Below are positions 49,575 through 64,000 of a stretch of DNA of 64,000 nt, in pieces. The stretch comes from the human T2T-CHM13v2.0 reference genome, Homo sapiens. The notes under the pieces were generated by a model. That model saw only the letters and a list, made by a program, of their open reading frames with translations. It was not told the origin of the DNA and ran no database searches. The position numbers were made by a program, and so were the translations under genes. The stretch's first letter is position 1. Each line of letters opens with the position of its first letter. The DNA is taken from the NCBI RefSeq assembly GCF_009914755.1, contig NC_060930.1; one strand, 5' to 3'.

Positions 49575-50803
49575 TAAAGATTTTTTTCTTTCAATCCCTC
49601 CAGCTCAATTCTTCTGTCAAAGTGGTATATTTGGGGAGGCATGCCCTAGTCCCCTCTCAGGCCAGGCCTGCTCCCTCCAGCTGTCACACAAACACCTCCC
49701 AGGCGCTCCACACAGGGGGCCTGCCAGCCACAGCACCCCAGAGAAACTTCAGGCTCACAGAAAGGGCCCCCTGTCTTGACTAGACCGAGGCAGGGGAGGG
49801 TGTAGGTGACTTCACCGGAGCTTCATGCACAGAATGTTGGACTCCTCGTCCCCTGAGATATGGTGTTATCTATGACAGGCCAGAGGGCCACTTTTCCAGG
49901 GCCAAACAGAGAATTTCCACTCTCTAGCCTGTCAGGCCAACACCTTTTGCCAGCTTGAGGTTCATAGACTTTCGAAAAGAAAAAAAAAGAAAAGAAAAGA
50001 AAAAAACCAGAAGAGGCCATATGCATGCCTCCCACTCACCCACCCTAGGAAAAAGGGAAGCCTTTTATTCTCCTTATGCCAAACTGTGTTTTGCTGGGAG
50101 AAGCTTCTTTTCACCAAAGCCTCCAGGCTCTTTACCAGCCAGAGTCAAACAAAGAAGCTCAGAGAACCATGGAACAAATAAACCAAAACAGCCCACAGAG
50201 AACAAGGAAAGGAAAGCCTCCGTTTCCAAACGGAAGCCAACTTCCATCTAGCCTGTCTCACTGAGCCTGGCCTGGCACAGCCCCTGATGAAGCCAGCAAG
50301 GGCTGCACTGTCTTCTCTTTGCAGCCTCTGAGAGCCTTGTGAGTGTCAGCCTAAAGAATCCATCCGCAGGACGGGTCTTCTCTCCCCACCCCCCTTAAAA
50401 TTATTAACATCCACTTAAAAGAAAGGGGGCGGGAGTGGGGTGCAGGGTTTGCCCTCTTTTCAAATTGCTTGAGAAGGGCGTACTGCTTATCACAACAGGT
50501 GCACTGGCCACTCACAAAAAAACAGGCAGTGCAGCGCTGAAAGGCTAAGAAATTACTTGTTCTCTTTGTAACGGCTGCTACTACATGCCATGCAAACCCT
50601 GCTTTGGAGAGATATTGTGTTCCTGTTTAAAAAAGAAAGAAAGAAATATAGCAAGTGGAAAAAAGTTTAAGGGTGCCAAGGGCTAAGGGGAGGGGAGAAC
50701 AAGGCTGAGGGTGGGAAGGCCAGAGGGGGAGGGCTTGGTGTTCCGAGGCAATTGAGGAAAAGCAATGGGGCCTGGTGGCTGGACTTAAAAGGTGTGTGTG
50801 TGG

Positions 50804-51107
50804 CTTGTTTTGTTTTGTTTTGTTTTGAGACAGGGTCTTGATCCATCACCCAGGCCGGAGTGCAGTGGCACGATCTCAGCTCACTGCAACCTCTGCCTCC
50901 GGGTTCAAGTGATTCTCCTGCCCCAGCCTCCCTAGTAGCTGGGATTATATGTGTTTACCACCACGACCGGCTAATTTTTGTATATTTAATAGAGACAGGC
51001 TTTCGCCATGTTGGCCAGGCTGGTCTCGAAACCCTGACCTCAGGTGATCCACCCACCTCGGCCTCCCAAATTACTGGGATTACAGGCGTGAGTCACCATG
51101 CCCGGCC
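50804..51107 (-). mobile_element. Alu SINE
   Basis: Reverse dimer with (TTTTG)n tail. Confidence 0.96.
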
Positions 51108-51889
51108 AAAATGATCTGTCTTGAACTTTCCAGAAAACTCTGGGAGCACACCCCAGGTCCCTTCGGCAGGATGGGAGGGATAATTACACCCAAGCTTGCA
51201 AAACGCACACATCAGGGTGACCAGAGAAAAGTCATAAGGAAAGGATACCCCCTGTATATTTTTAAAAATTAGATAAAAATATTGCTCAGAAACTGTGTTG
51301 CACACCAGGGAGGATTTCAACCCCCAGTCAGTCACTCCTTAAGTGGGAGTGTGTCTTCAAAACTATATTCCTCAAATGACTGTTCAGCCAGGCAGGTGAC
51401 TTTTATGGTGTTGGCCAAGTGACCTTGAGCTTCTGAGTCTCCCAACCCTCTGACATTCTCATCCTGTGCTCTCAGACCTGCAGAGAGGACCCAGCCAGCT
51501 TCATGGGGACAAAGCAGTGAGGGAGTTGCTCTCCCCCAAGCCAAGTGCAGACTGACAGGGAAGATTTGGATTTTCTTCCCCTTGAGAAAATTGCCATAAG
51601 AATCTGGAAGAGGGTTATTTGTTTTGTTTTAAAGTAAAAGCAAGACAGTGGACGTCATGGCCTAAGAACCTGTTCCCTTGCCAGTTCGGTCTCAACTAAG
51701 CAATCAGAAGATAGGGCCACCAGCCACAAAGCAACTTGGACATTGGAGTTTTGCAATGATTCTCTGATTAAAAGGAGCGACCTCGACCTGGCTGTAAGAC
51801 ATGGAAGAGCAGCCATGATAGGTTATTAAGGTCAAAGAAAAAGTAGCAGTAGTGTGGCGAGCATGAATCCATTTTTGTTTACTATATAT

Positions 51890-52430
51890 TGATCTTTTTT
51901 CTTTTAGTCTTGCAGAGAAATCTGAGAACCAAAACCCTCTAACTAAGCATATAGCTTTGGATGCTGAGGACTAAAATGACCCCACCACACCTCCCACAAA
52001 CCCCCAGCTAACATGAACTTGACTTCACTGCTCCATCATCCTCATTAGCATGATTTTCCCATTCCTGCAGACTCTAGTGGTAACTGTCGTGATTGTCCAT
52101 GACAGGAACTTCCAGAAGGCTCATTAACTCTTCCATGGAAAACAGAAAACAGATGGTGTGAGCCCTAAAATGTTTGAGCCCCTCACCTCAGAATCCTCAC
52201 CTCACTGTTTCCATCAATCCTGGACAATTGCATCATGATCCTTACCCAATCCTAATCAAGCCTCCACACTGCAAAGACATGCCTTAAACTAAATTTCCGC
52301 TTCTCAATCCATTTCCACCTTGCCACCCACTCCGGAGACACTGTCAGAGCTGTGACTAAGTGGTGTCTCCCTGACCACAGTAAACACAGGTTTGTGTTGG
52401 TGACATTGGGAGACCCAGCGTTCCACTGAA
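51890..52430 (+). mobile_element. ERVL LTR relic (MER74-like)
   Basis: CTTACCCAATCCTAATCAAGCCTCCACACTGCAAAGACATGCCTTAAAC motif. Confidence 0.55.
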
Positions 52431-52524
52431 GGGTCCCTGTGAAGAGTCTTTTTGTTTAATTTTATTTTTTCCAAACTCCCCTCTGCTGCCTAAAAGCAGA
52501 GCCTCCCAAAAGAATTCATCTGTC

Positions 52525-53088
<564 letters not shown>

Positions 53089-53218
53089 TCATCAAATCTC
53101 CTCACTGCATTGGCAGCACTAGTGGTTACATTTTTTTCTAGGGCCTTTTTTTTTTTGCCTTTTCTTTTTCTTTTTAAATTAATTATTAGACTTTTTATCA
53201 TTTTTAAATATTAACTTG

Positions 53219-53293
53219 ATAACTGTACACATTTATGGAGTACAATGTGATATTAACATAATTGTACATATTTATGGAGTACAATGTGATATT
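53219..53293. repeat. 36-bp tandem duplication (39-bp period) in the L1 tail
   Basis: ATAACTGTACACATTTATGGAGTACAATGTGATATT twice, 2 mismatches. Confidence 0.93.
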
Positions 53294-53401
53294 TCAAAAA
53301 ATGTATACAATGGGTAATGATTGAATGAGAGTAATTAGTATATCCATTACCTCAAACGTTCATCATCTCTTTGTGTTGGGAACATTAAAAAATCTGCTCT
53401 T

Positions 53402-53677
53402 CATGGTGGCTCACGCCTGTAATCCCAACACTTTGGGAGGCCGAGGCAGGAGGACAGCTTGAGGCCAGGAGTTTGAGACTAGCCTGGATAACATAGCGAG
53501 ACTCTGCCTCTTCTTTTTAGCCAAAGTGGTGTCTCACACCTGTAGTCCTAGCTACTTTGGAGGCTAAGATGGGAGGAACACTTGAGCCTAGGAGTTCAAT
53601 TTTGCAATGAGCTGTGGTTGTGCCACTATACTCCAGCTTGGGCAACAGACAGACATCTTGTCTCAAAAAAAAAAAAT
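53402..53677 (+). mobile_element. AluJ-like inserted in the L1
   Basis: TSD AAAAAATCTGCTCTT / AAAAAATCTGTTCTT. Confidence 0.94.
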
Positions 53678-54647
53678 TAATTTTTAAAAAATCTGTTCTT
53701 CTAAGTATTTGAAAATATAAAATAAATTATTGCTAATTATAGTCACTCTGCAGTGCTGTAGAACACTAGAACTTATTTTTCCTGTCCAGCTATAATTTTA
53801 TATCCATTAACCAATCTCTGGCTAATCCCTCTTTCCTCTTACCCTTCCCTGCCTCTAGTAACCATTATTCTATTCCACTTTCACGTGATCAACTTTTTTA
53901 GCTCCCACATATGAGTGAGAACATATGTGGTCTTTATCTTTCTGTCCTGGCTTATTTCACTTAATATAATGCCCTCCAAGCTCATTCATGTTACTGCAAA
54001 TGACAGAACTTTGTTCTTTTTATGGCTAAATAGTATTCCATTGTATATTATAGCACATATTCTGTATCCATTCATCTGTTGGTGGACACTTAGGTTGATT
54101 CCATATCTTGGCTATTGACAATAGTGCAGCAGTAAGCATGGGATTACAGATGACTCTCTGACACGCTGATTTTCTTTCCTTTGGATATACCCCCAGGAGT
54201 GTAATTGCTGGTCATATAGTAGTTCTGTTTTGGGATTTTTGAGGAATCTCCATATTGTTTTCAATAATGGCTGTACTAATTTACATTCCCACCAATAGTG
54301 GGAACAAAGAGTTCCTTTTTCTATGTGTCCTTGTCAGCATTTGCTATTTTTTGTGTTTTTTATATTAGCCATTCTAACAGCAATGAGATATCTCATTGTG
54401 GTTTTGATTTGCATTTCCCTAACGATAAGTAATGTTGAGCATTTTTTCATATACCTGTTGGCTGTTTGTATGTCTTCTTTTGAGAGATGTCTATTCAGCT
54501 CATTTGCCCATTTTTTTAAATCAGATTTTTTTTTTCTGCTGAGTTGTTTGAGTTCTTTGTAAAAACTGGATATTAATCCCTTTTCAGATGAACACTTTGC
54601 AAATATTTTCTCCCATTCTACAGATTGTCTCTTCTTCACTCTGTTGA

Positions 54648-55024
<377 letters not shown>

Positions 55025-55425
55025 TGTTTTGTTTTTAGCTCCAAGAATTCACCTGGATTGTTGTTTGTGCTTTGGAGGTCTTCTTTGCCCAGACCAATGT
55101 CTTAAAACATTTCACCTATGTTTTCTTCTACTAATTTCATAGATTGGGGTCTTACATTAAACTTTATCTTTTAGGACTGTTTTATTTATAGAAAAATTGA
55201 GGACACAGTAAAGAGAATTTCATATATCCCCCATGCTCACCACACACCCTGTTTCCCCTACTATTAACAACTTGCATTAGTATGGTACATTCATTACAAC
55301 TAATGAACCAATACTGATACATTATTATTAACTAAAGTCCGTACTTTATTCAGATTTCCTTAGTTTTAACCAAGTGTCCTTTATGTCCTTTTTCGGTTCC
55401 AGAATCCCTCATAGGAAATCATGTT

Positions 55426-55428
<3 letters not shown>

Positions 55429-55472
<44 letters not shown>

Positions 55473-55480
55473 TATATATA
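55429..55480. repeat. (CA)19 followed by (TA)n microsatellite at an Alu tail
   Basis: Direct inspection. Confidence 0.95.
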
Positions 55481-55481
55481 C

Positions 55482-55791
55482 TTTTTTTTTTTTTTTTTTT
55501 TGAGGCAGGGAGGCAAGGTCTCAGTCTGTCACCCAGGCTGGACTGCGTTAGTCCAATCACAGCTCACTGCAGCCTCGACCTCCCAGGCTCAAGCAATCCT
55601 CCCACCTCAGCCTCCTGAGTAGTTGGGACCACAGGCACAAGCCACCACACCCGGCTCATTTCTGTATTTTTAGTAGAGACAGGGTTTTGCCATGTTGCCC
55701 AGGCTGGTCTCAAACTCCTGGATGCAAGCAGTCTTCCTGCCTCAGCCTCCCAAAGTGCTTGGGATTACAGGTGTGAACTACCATGCCCAGC
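55482..55791 (-). mobile_element. AluJ-like
   Basis: Reverse dimer with AluJ features (GCAGCCTCGACCTCCCAGGCTCAAGCAATCCTCCC). Confidence 0.95.
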
Positions 55792-56805
55792 AACCACATT
55801 ACATTTAATTGCTCTGTCTCCTTAGGCTCTTCTTGGCTGTGAAAATACATCAGACCTTCCTTGTTTCTGATGACGATGGGATTTTTGAAGAATACTGGTC
55901 AGGTATTATGTAAGATGTGCCCCTGTAAGAATTTTCTGTTTTTCTCATAATTAGACTAGGGTTATGAGTTTGAAGGAGGAAGATCCCAGAGGTAAAGTGC
56001 CATTTTTGTCATATCATATTAAGGACACAAATGATCAGCCTGATATCTCACTGCTGATGCTGATTCTGATCACCTGGCTGAAGTTATACTTGACAGATTT
56101 TTCCAAAGTTACTCTTTTTTCTGCCTTTCTGTAACTGTTGTCTTTGGAAAGAAGTCACTACGAGCTGGTCACACTTAAGGAGTGGGGAGTTAAGCTTCCC
56201 CTCATTGAGGGCAGGGTACGTATATAAATTATTTGGAATTTTTCTGCACAGGAGGTTTGGCCCTTCATCCGCATTTATTAATTTACTTAGTCATTCACTT
56301 ATGTTCATACGGACTCATGGATATTTACTTTATATGTTGGATTGTAATTCAGTATTGCTTTATTTACTTTGCTTCTCAAATCGTTGCAACTTTCACCACT
56401 GGGAGCTCTTTCCTTTGGCCCCTGTGACCCTTTGACATACCCCCCAATATCGTGGGTACCCAGGGAGGTTTTGGTTTTGGGCTTTTTTGGTTCTGTTTTG
56501 TTGAGCACTGCCTTAACTTGCAGGCACTGCAATATGTTCCATCTCATCTTGTATATTTCCTGCCCCAGCCATAGAATCAGTCATTTCTACAAGGAGCTCC
56601 AGGGCCATTTTTCACAAAGAATTTGAGTTTCCATCACAAAACAAAAGAGTTACAGTGCAGACAAGGCCAGTAGAGAATAAAGCAGAATTGAGAGGCTGAT
56701 GAAAGCTGGATGATCCATCTGCTGGGCACCCTCATTAGACTGACTTTTGCTGCCCACACCCCACCCTTATCCTGGTGGCAAATGTGATTCAAGTTCATGC
56801 CTCAA

Positions 56806-57093
56806 TTTTTTTTTTTTTTTTGAGATGGAGTTTTGCTCTTTTTGCCCAGACAGTAATGCAATGGCGCGATCTCGGCTCACCGCAACCTCCGCTTCCCAGG
56901 TTCAAGCAATTCTCCTGCCTCAGCCTTCGGAGTAGCTGGGACTACAGGCGCGTGCCACCACGCCCAGCTAATTTTTGTATGTTTAGTAGAGACGGGGTTT
57001 CGCCATGTTGGCCAGTATGGTCTCGATCTCCTGATCTTGTGATCCAGCCGCCTCAGCCTCCCAAAGTACTAGGATTACAGGCGTGAGCCACCA
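56806..57093 (-). mobile_element. Alu SINE
   Basis: Reverse dimer. Confidence 0.96.
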
Positions 57094-57381
57094 TAATTCT
57101 TTTGACTTATCATTATATAGCCCATTTCCTCTGGACTCTATTAGGAGCAATTGAATTCTTGCTAAAGAATGAATGACTGATATCCTAGAGTTGGCTTCCT
57201 AATTACGTATGTATTTTAATAAAGATCTGTGAATTTTTAAAGAAGCCCTAAGGGGAGCATTTCAGACAGTAAGGCAGTATAGTAGGAGACATTTTTGAGA
57301 AGACAGGCTTTTTCCTATTGTGACAGTAAAATACAATTATTTCAGCAATAATTATTATAATAATATAAATAAGAAATATAA

Positions 57382-57683
57382 GGCCGGGTACAGTGGCTCA
57401 CACCTGTAATCTCAGCACTTTGGGAGGCTGAGGTGGGTGGTTTGCTTGAGTTCAGGAGTTCAAGACTGGCCTGGGCAACATGGCAAAACCCTGTCTCTAC
57501 AGGAGTGTCCCACAGAAAAAAAATTTGTAGTGCTTGCCTGTAGTCTCAGGTATTCGGGAGGCTGATGTAGGAGGATCACCCAAGACAGGGAGTTTGAGGC
57601 TGCTGTGAGCTATGATGCCACCACTGCACTCCAGTCTGGGTGACAGAGTGAGACCCTGTCTTGAAAAAGAAAAGAAAAGAAAT
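57382..57683 (+). mobile_element. AluJ-like
   Basis: Diverged dimer; TSD AAGAAATATAA. Confidence 0.94.
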
Positions 57684-57724
57684 ATAATACTATGAACCAG
57701 TTTCTATTGTAAATTGTTAGTGCC

Positions 57725-57930
57725 TCGCATATACTAACTCAGTTAATTTAATCATCATAACAAGCCTACGAGGTAGATACTATTATCATCCACATTTCAC
57801 AAAAATTAAAGCAACTGAGGTTCAAAGAGGTTAAAAACCTTTCCCAGGTTGCACAGCTTGTAACTGGCAAAGCTAGGCTCTAAATGTAGCCATTCTGGCT
57901 CCAAAGTCCATGCTGTTAAACAATATACTG
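57725..57930 (-). mobile_element. MIR relic
   Basis: TTTAATCATCATAACAAGCCTACGAGGTAGATACTATTATC...AACTGAGGTTCAAAGAGGTTAA. Confidence 0.85.
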
Positions 57931-58054
57931 CCTCTGGATACCATAATTTCTATAGTCAGTAGACCTGGAGCATATTTAATATTAATTTCTACATATATTG
58001 ATTAAGGATCTGTCCTTGGCCAGGTTCTATCTCAAACAGATGTTAGAAGAGTGC

Positions 58055-58351
<297 letters not shown>

Positions 58352-58379
58352 GAGGAGTACATTATTCCACTGTCGCATG

Positions 58380-59275
<896 letters not shown>

Positions 59276-59630
59276 CATACATTGGGTGCCCACTGGGAGC
59301 CTAACCATATCTTAGAGAAGATACACTTCCACTTTTCAAGGAGCTGATGGCCTAATCGAAGAGCCACAGAGAAAAGAACAACCATCCAAACTACGCTGAT
59401 AGGCAGCAAGATAAAGCTGTCCCATTGCTGAAACATAGCAACTAGACACAGAAGAGCCGGGATTTAGTCCTAGCTACAATGCAAACTGTGTGCACTTGGG
59501 AAAGTAGTATTATTCTTCTGAGCCTCAGTAAAAGGGGGACTGACGGTGTGCAGGTTTCTCGCAGTTCTAATACCTATGATTAGTCTACGAGCAGATTGGC
59601 AATTGCCAAGAATGCTTTCTGAAGAGCGTG

Positions 59631-60256
59631 GTAGGGTTCAGGACAGGCTACCCCAAAATATGGCACCTTGACATTTGAGAAAATAGCAGAAGGAGGAAGG
59701 TCCCTCTCCCCTTATCCCCACTGCCCTTCTCCCCTGAAGCAGGTCATGAGACCCTCATTCAAGAGGTACCCTTGCTGTATCCTGAAGAAAGGAACATCCT
59801 TGTCTCTGAAAACACAAGGACATGGAGAAGAATCTAACTAACAGGCCTGGCTAAGTTTCCCCCAGTTTATTATCCCTTTGTCCAATCATATTTCTGCAAG
59901 ACCATCTACTTCATCTAATCTAAGCATAACAATATGCAAGATTACCTGTTTCTTGGAGTCTTCATTTCTGAGGTTGCTGTATCATGTAAAACTTTTTTAT
60001 TTTATTTTTTTAAATAGAGACAGGGTCTCACCATGTTGCCCAGGCCGGTCTTCAGCTCCTGGGCTCAAGTGATCCTTCCACCTCAGCCTCCCAAAGTGCT
60101 GGGATTTCAGGCATGAGCCACTTCACCCAGGCATATAATACCGACATCAAATAAATTTGTATGCTTTTCTCCTATTAATCTGTCTTTTATTATATTATAA
60201 GGGCCTCAGTCATGAACCTAGCAATGGGTGAGAAAAAGAAATCTTTCCTCCACTAT
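59631..60256 (+). mobile_element. MER39-like ERV1 solo LTR with a FLAM insertion
   Basis: GTAGGGTTCAGGACAGGCTACCCCAAAATATGGCACC...AATAAATTTGTATGCTTTTCTC...CATGAACCTAGCAATGGGTGAG. Confidence 0.82.
59993..60132 (-). mobile_element. FLAM / Alu monomer
   Basis: Reverse left monomer. Confidence 0.9.
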
Positions 60257-60944
60257 GAGTGCATCCTACAAGAGAGATGTGGCAAACTCTAACTCCTGAA
60301 ATGAAGGTGCCTTGGAAGCAACTAATTATCATACAAAATGAAATCAATAAAATATGAACACATACTCGAAGTCACACAGTATTATAATGACAGATCAAGT
60401 GGAGAGGGGAAAGTCTAGATGCAGCCCAGAAGGCGAGCTGGGAAGGAAGCAATGATTAGGGTTTACCCATCCATGAACCTGGCCACAGTCACACCATCAT
60501 TAGAATGACACACTCAAGGCCAGAGCGCAAGTGCCACCTGCCCTTCACTTAGCCTGAAGTCTCCCTGACACCCTCCCAGCTACTTTCACTCTCATTCCCC
60601 GAAAACTGAACAACATTCTAATGACTAGTTTTGCTTTCCAGTTTCTGGTGTAATGAGACAGAGGAAATTTTTCTTCCTTAGCAGCTGGAATAAGACCTCC
60701 TCTTAGGGACAGTCCTATATTTACCAGGAAGAAATCCACTGATTAGCCAGATGGGTTGAGGAATGAGATGCAAAGCAATAAACAATAATGCCGATCCGCT
60801 TTCTCGGGAATTCCCAACACCTTAGGGTCTTTTATTTTGTGAGCATTTCAGTGGGTTTGAGTAGGTAAACTTGACTATGAATATGGTCACAGTTAAATTG
60901 CTCTGCATAATGAAAATGTAAAGAATTTTAAAATTACAGGAAAG

Positions 60945-61245
<301 letters not shown>

Positions 61246-61467
61246 CTTACAGGAAAGTCAGGAAGCGGGTGCAGGGCAGAGGGAAGGAAAAGAACAGGCA
61301 AAGAGATTAGGCACTGAGTGGAATGGAAGGGGCTTTGAAGAGAACAGAAATATCGAATGCATTTTAGGTTGTTTGCTGTTGAGATTTGATTTCAGTCCCC
61401 TTCTCTATCTCCCCTACACAGCACATTCACTAAAGCATCTGCTGCTCTTTTAAAGAAGCTGTGGAGA

Positions 61468-61757
61468 GGCTGGGCGTGTTGGCACACACCAGCACTTTGG
61501 GAGGCCGAGGTGAGTGGATCACCCGACGTCAGGAGTTCAAGACCAGCCTGGCCAACGTGGTGAAACCGCATCTCTACTAAAAGTACAAAAATCAGCTGGA
61601 TGTGGTGGCATGAGCCTGTAATCCCAGCTACTCTGGAGGCTGAGAATCTCTTGAACCCAGGAGGCAGAGGCTGCAGTGAGCCGAGATCACGCCACTGCAC
61701 TCCAGCCTGGGCGACAGAGCAAGACTCTGTCTCAAAAAAAGAGAAAAAACAAAACAA
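61468..61757 (+). mobile_element. Alu SINE
   Basis: Dimer with small deletions. Confidence 0.95.
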
Positions 61758-62383
61758 GAACCTGAGGAGGTTCTAAGTTCTACATTCAGATATGCAGCCA
61801 TAGAATCAGAGCAGAGGGGGACAGTTGACATCCAGGTTTCATCAGGAGAAGAGAAGCCAAGGCAAAGATCTCCTGGGCAGTCATGATAAATATAGACCCA
61901 CCATAAAGTAAGACCTCAGCTTTCTGGGGCATTAATCACCCTGTTGGGAGTTAGGCAAGATTGCATCAGTCCTCAGAGGATGATCACCCCTGGGAAAGTC
62001 ATAAAACAAACTGAACTCACCTGGCTGGGGAGCAGGCAGAGAAACTCAAAGGCTTTATTAACAGCAGTGCAGTGTCATTCTTCATCAACTAGAAGACTCC
62101 AGCCTTCTGCAGGTCTGTCAACCCACCCCAGACCTCCTCAGTCACAACCTTGGGAAACTGGATTACAAGACTGACAGATGATTGCAAATGTTCAAAATTT
62201 TTATATTCCCCCAACACTATGGTTCTCATAAAACTTCTCCATCTTACTCAAAACAAGCCACCCCCTGCAGCTTTCCAACTGGTATTAAATTGGCTGAATA
62301 ATCCCCCTACTGTCAAAAATTTTGTTCTACACAAAAGGAGGGTGATCAGACAAGAAAAATGGACAATCGGCCCCCAGAAGTCA

Positions 62384-62887
<504 letters not shown>

Positions 62888-63580
62888 TCAGAGATGGAAG
62901 CCCCCATCTGCTGCACATGCTCACATCCTGTCCCATCTAAATTACTAACTACTTTAAGGGATTAAGTAAAATGGCACATAGGAGGGAGGAAAGGCTAAGA
63001 GAAGACGAGGCATCTGGCTTTCTGTGTCTCCTTGGTGAGGGAAGACCACACCAATGCCAGCCAGCAGCAACAGCAGCTGTGAAGAGAAGCCGCCTTCAAG
63101 GAAATGCAACAGGAGAGAGAGAAGGGAAACAAAAGTCAAAAAAATCCCCAGTAAGGATCAGATACCACTTTCCTGAGCATACACACATCCTCTGCCCAAA
63201 TGCCTGCGAAGTAGTCTGAAATACAAGTCATAATAATGTAAACCAGGTGTTTTAACTTCCGACCATAATGGCTGGCAAGACCATCAATGTACAATAATAA
63301 CAACAACAAGAACATCTGAAGTGCATCTGTGTTTAAACACATAACAAGCATATTTTTCTTTCTTCTCCAAGTAGGTGTCTGTTCTGCATTTATATTGGGA
63401 TAGCGTCAAGGAGACTATGGACTAAGATCCTTTCTAGAAACAGTTCTTCTGTCTTTGAGAGTAACACTGGTGTTTTGGTTTTTTGTTTCAAAGAAAACAC
63501 TGATGACAGGAGATGTTGTTTCAGGGAGGGAACTGGAAGTCTTCAGTGGTAGGAGATGCGAACGCTCAGAGGTCACCTCA

Positions 63581-63919
<339 letters not shown>

Positions 63920-64000
63920 TCATGTTGTCCTACAGCCCAGGGAGAGGGAGGCTTAGGGACGTATTTCTTGATAGGGGTGTTACTGGCATTTGGACCAGAC

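Larger units (their letters stand above)
55166..56605 (-). mobile_element. L1MD-like 3' UTR fragment
   Basis: AATGAACCAATACTGATACATTATTATTAACTAAAGTCC...CACTTAAGGAGTGGGGAGTT...AAATTATTTGGAATT. Confidence 0.8.

Overview
This is primate (most likely human or great-ape) non-coding genomic DNA, not prokaryotic. It holds about 52 Alu/FLAM SINEs, several 5'-truncated L1 fragments, MIR and L2 relics, MaLR/ERV solo LTRs (THE1A, MST, MLT1, MER21/34/39/74-like) and hAT/mariner DNA-transposon relics (MER5, MER20, MER58A, MER63, MADE2). There is also one 1,344-bp solo LTR12 (ERV9) with a perfect 4-bp target-site duplication (TSD). I find no credible protein-coding gene, RNA gene or CRISPR array, and I cannot name the locus. 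The longer ORFs in the track are Alu-, L1-, LTR- or microsatellite-derived, or are chance ORFs. I found no strong evidence for a new biological system. The most interesting items are: (i) an LTR12 with intact promoter motifs pointing at a strong splice acceptor and a Kozak-context 45-codon small ORF; (ii) a 29-bp inverted, locally templated insertion inside an L1; (iii) two trimeric (left-left-right) Alus of apparently different origin; (iv) a deeply nested transposon stack; and (v) candidate enhancer clusters and orphan exons in unique sequence. Repeat subfamily names come from recalled consensus features and should be confirmed with RepeatMasker/Dfam. Boundaries are approximate unless a TSD is quoted.
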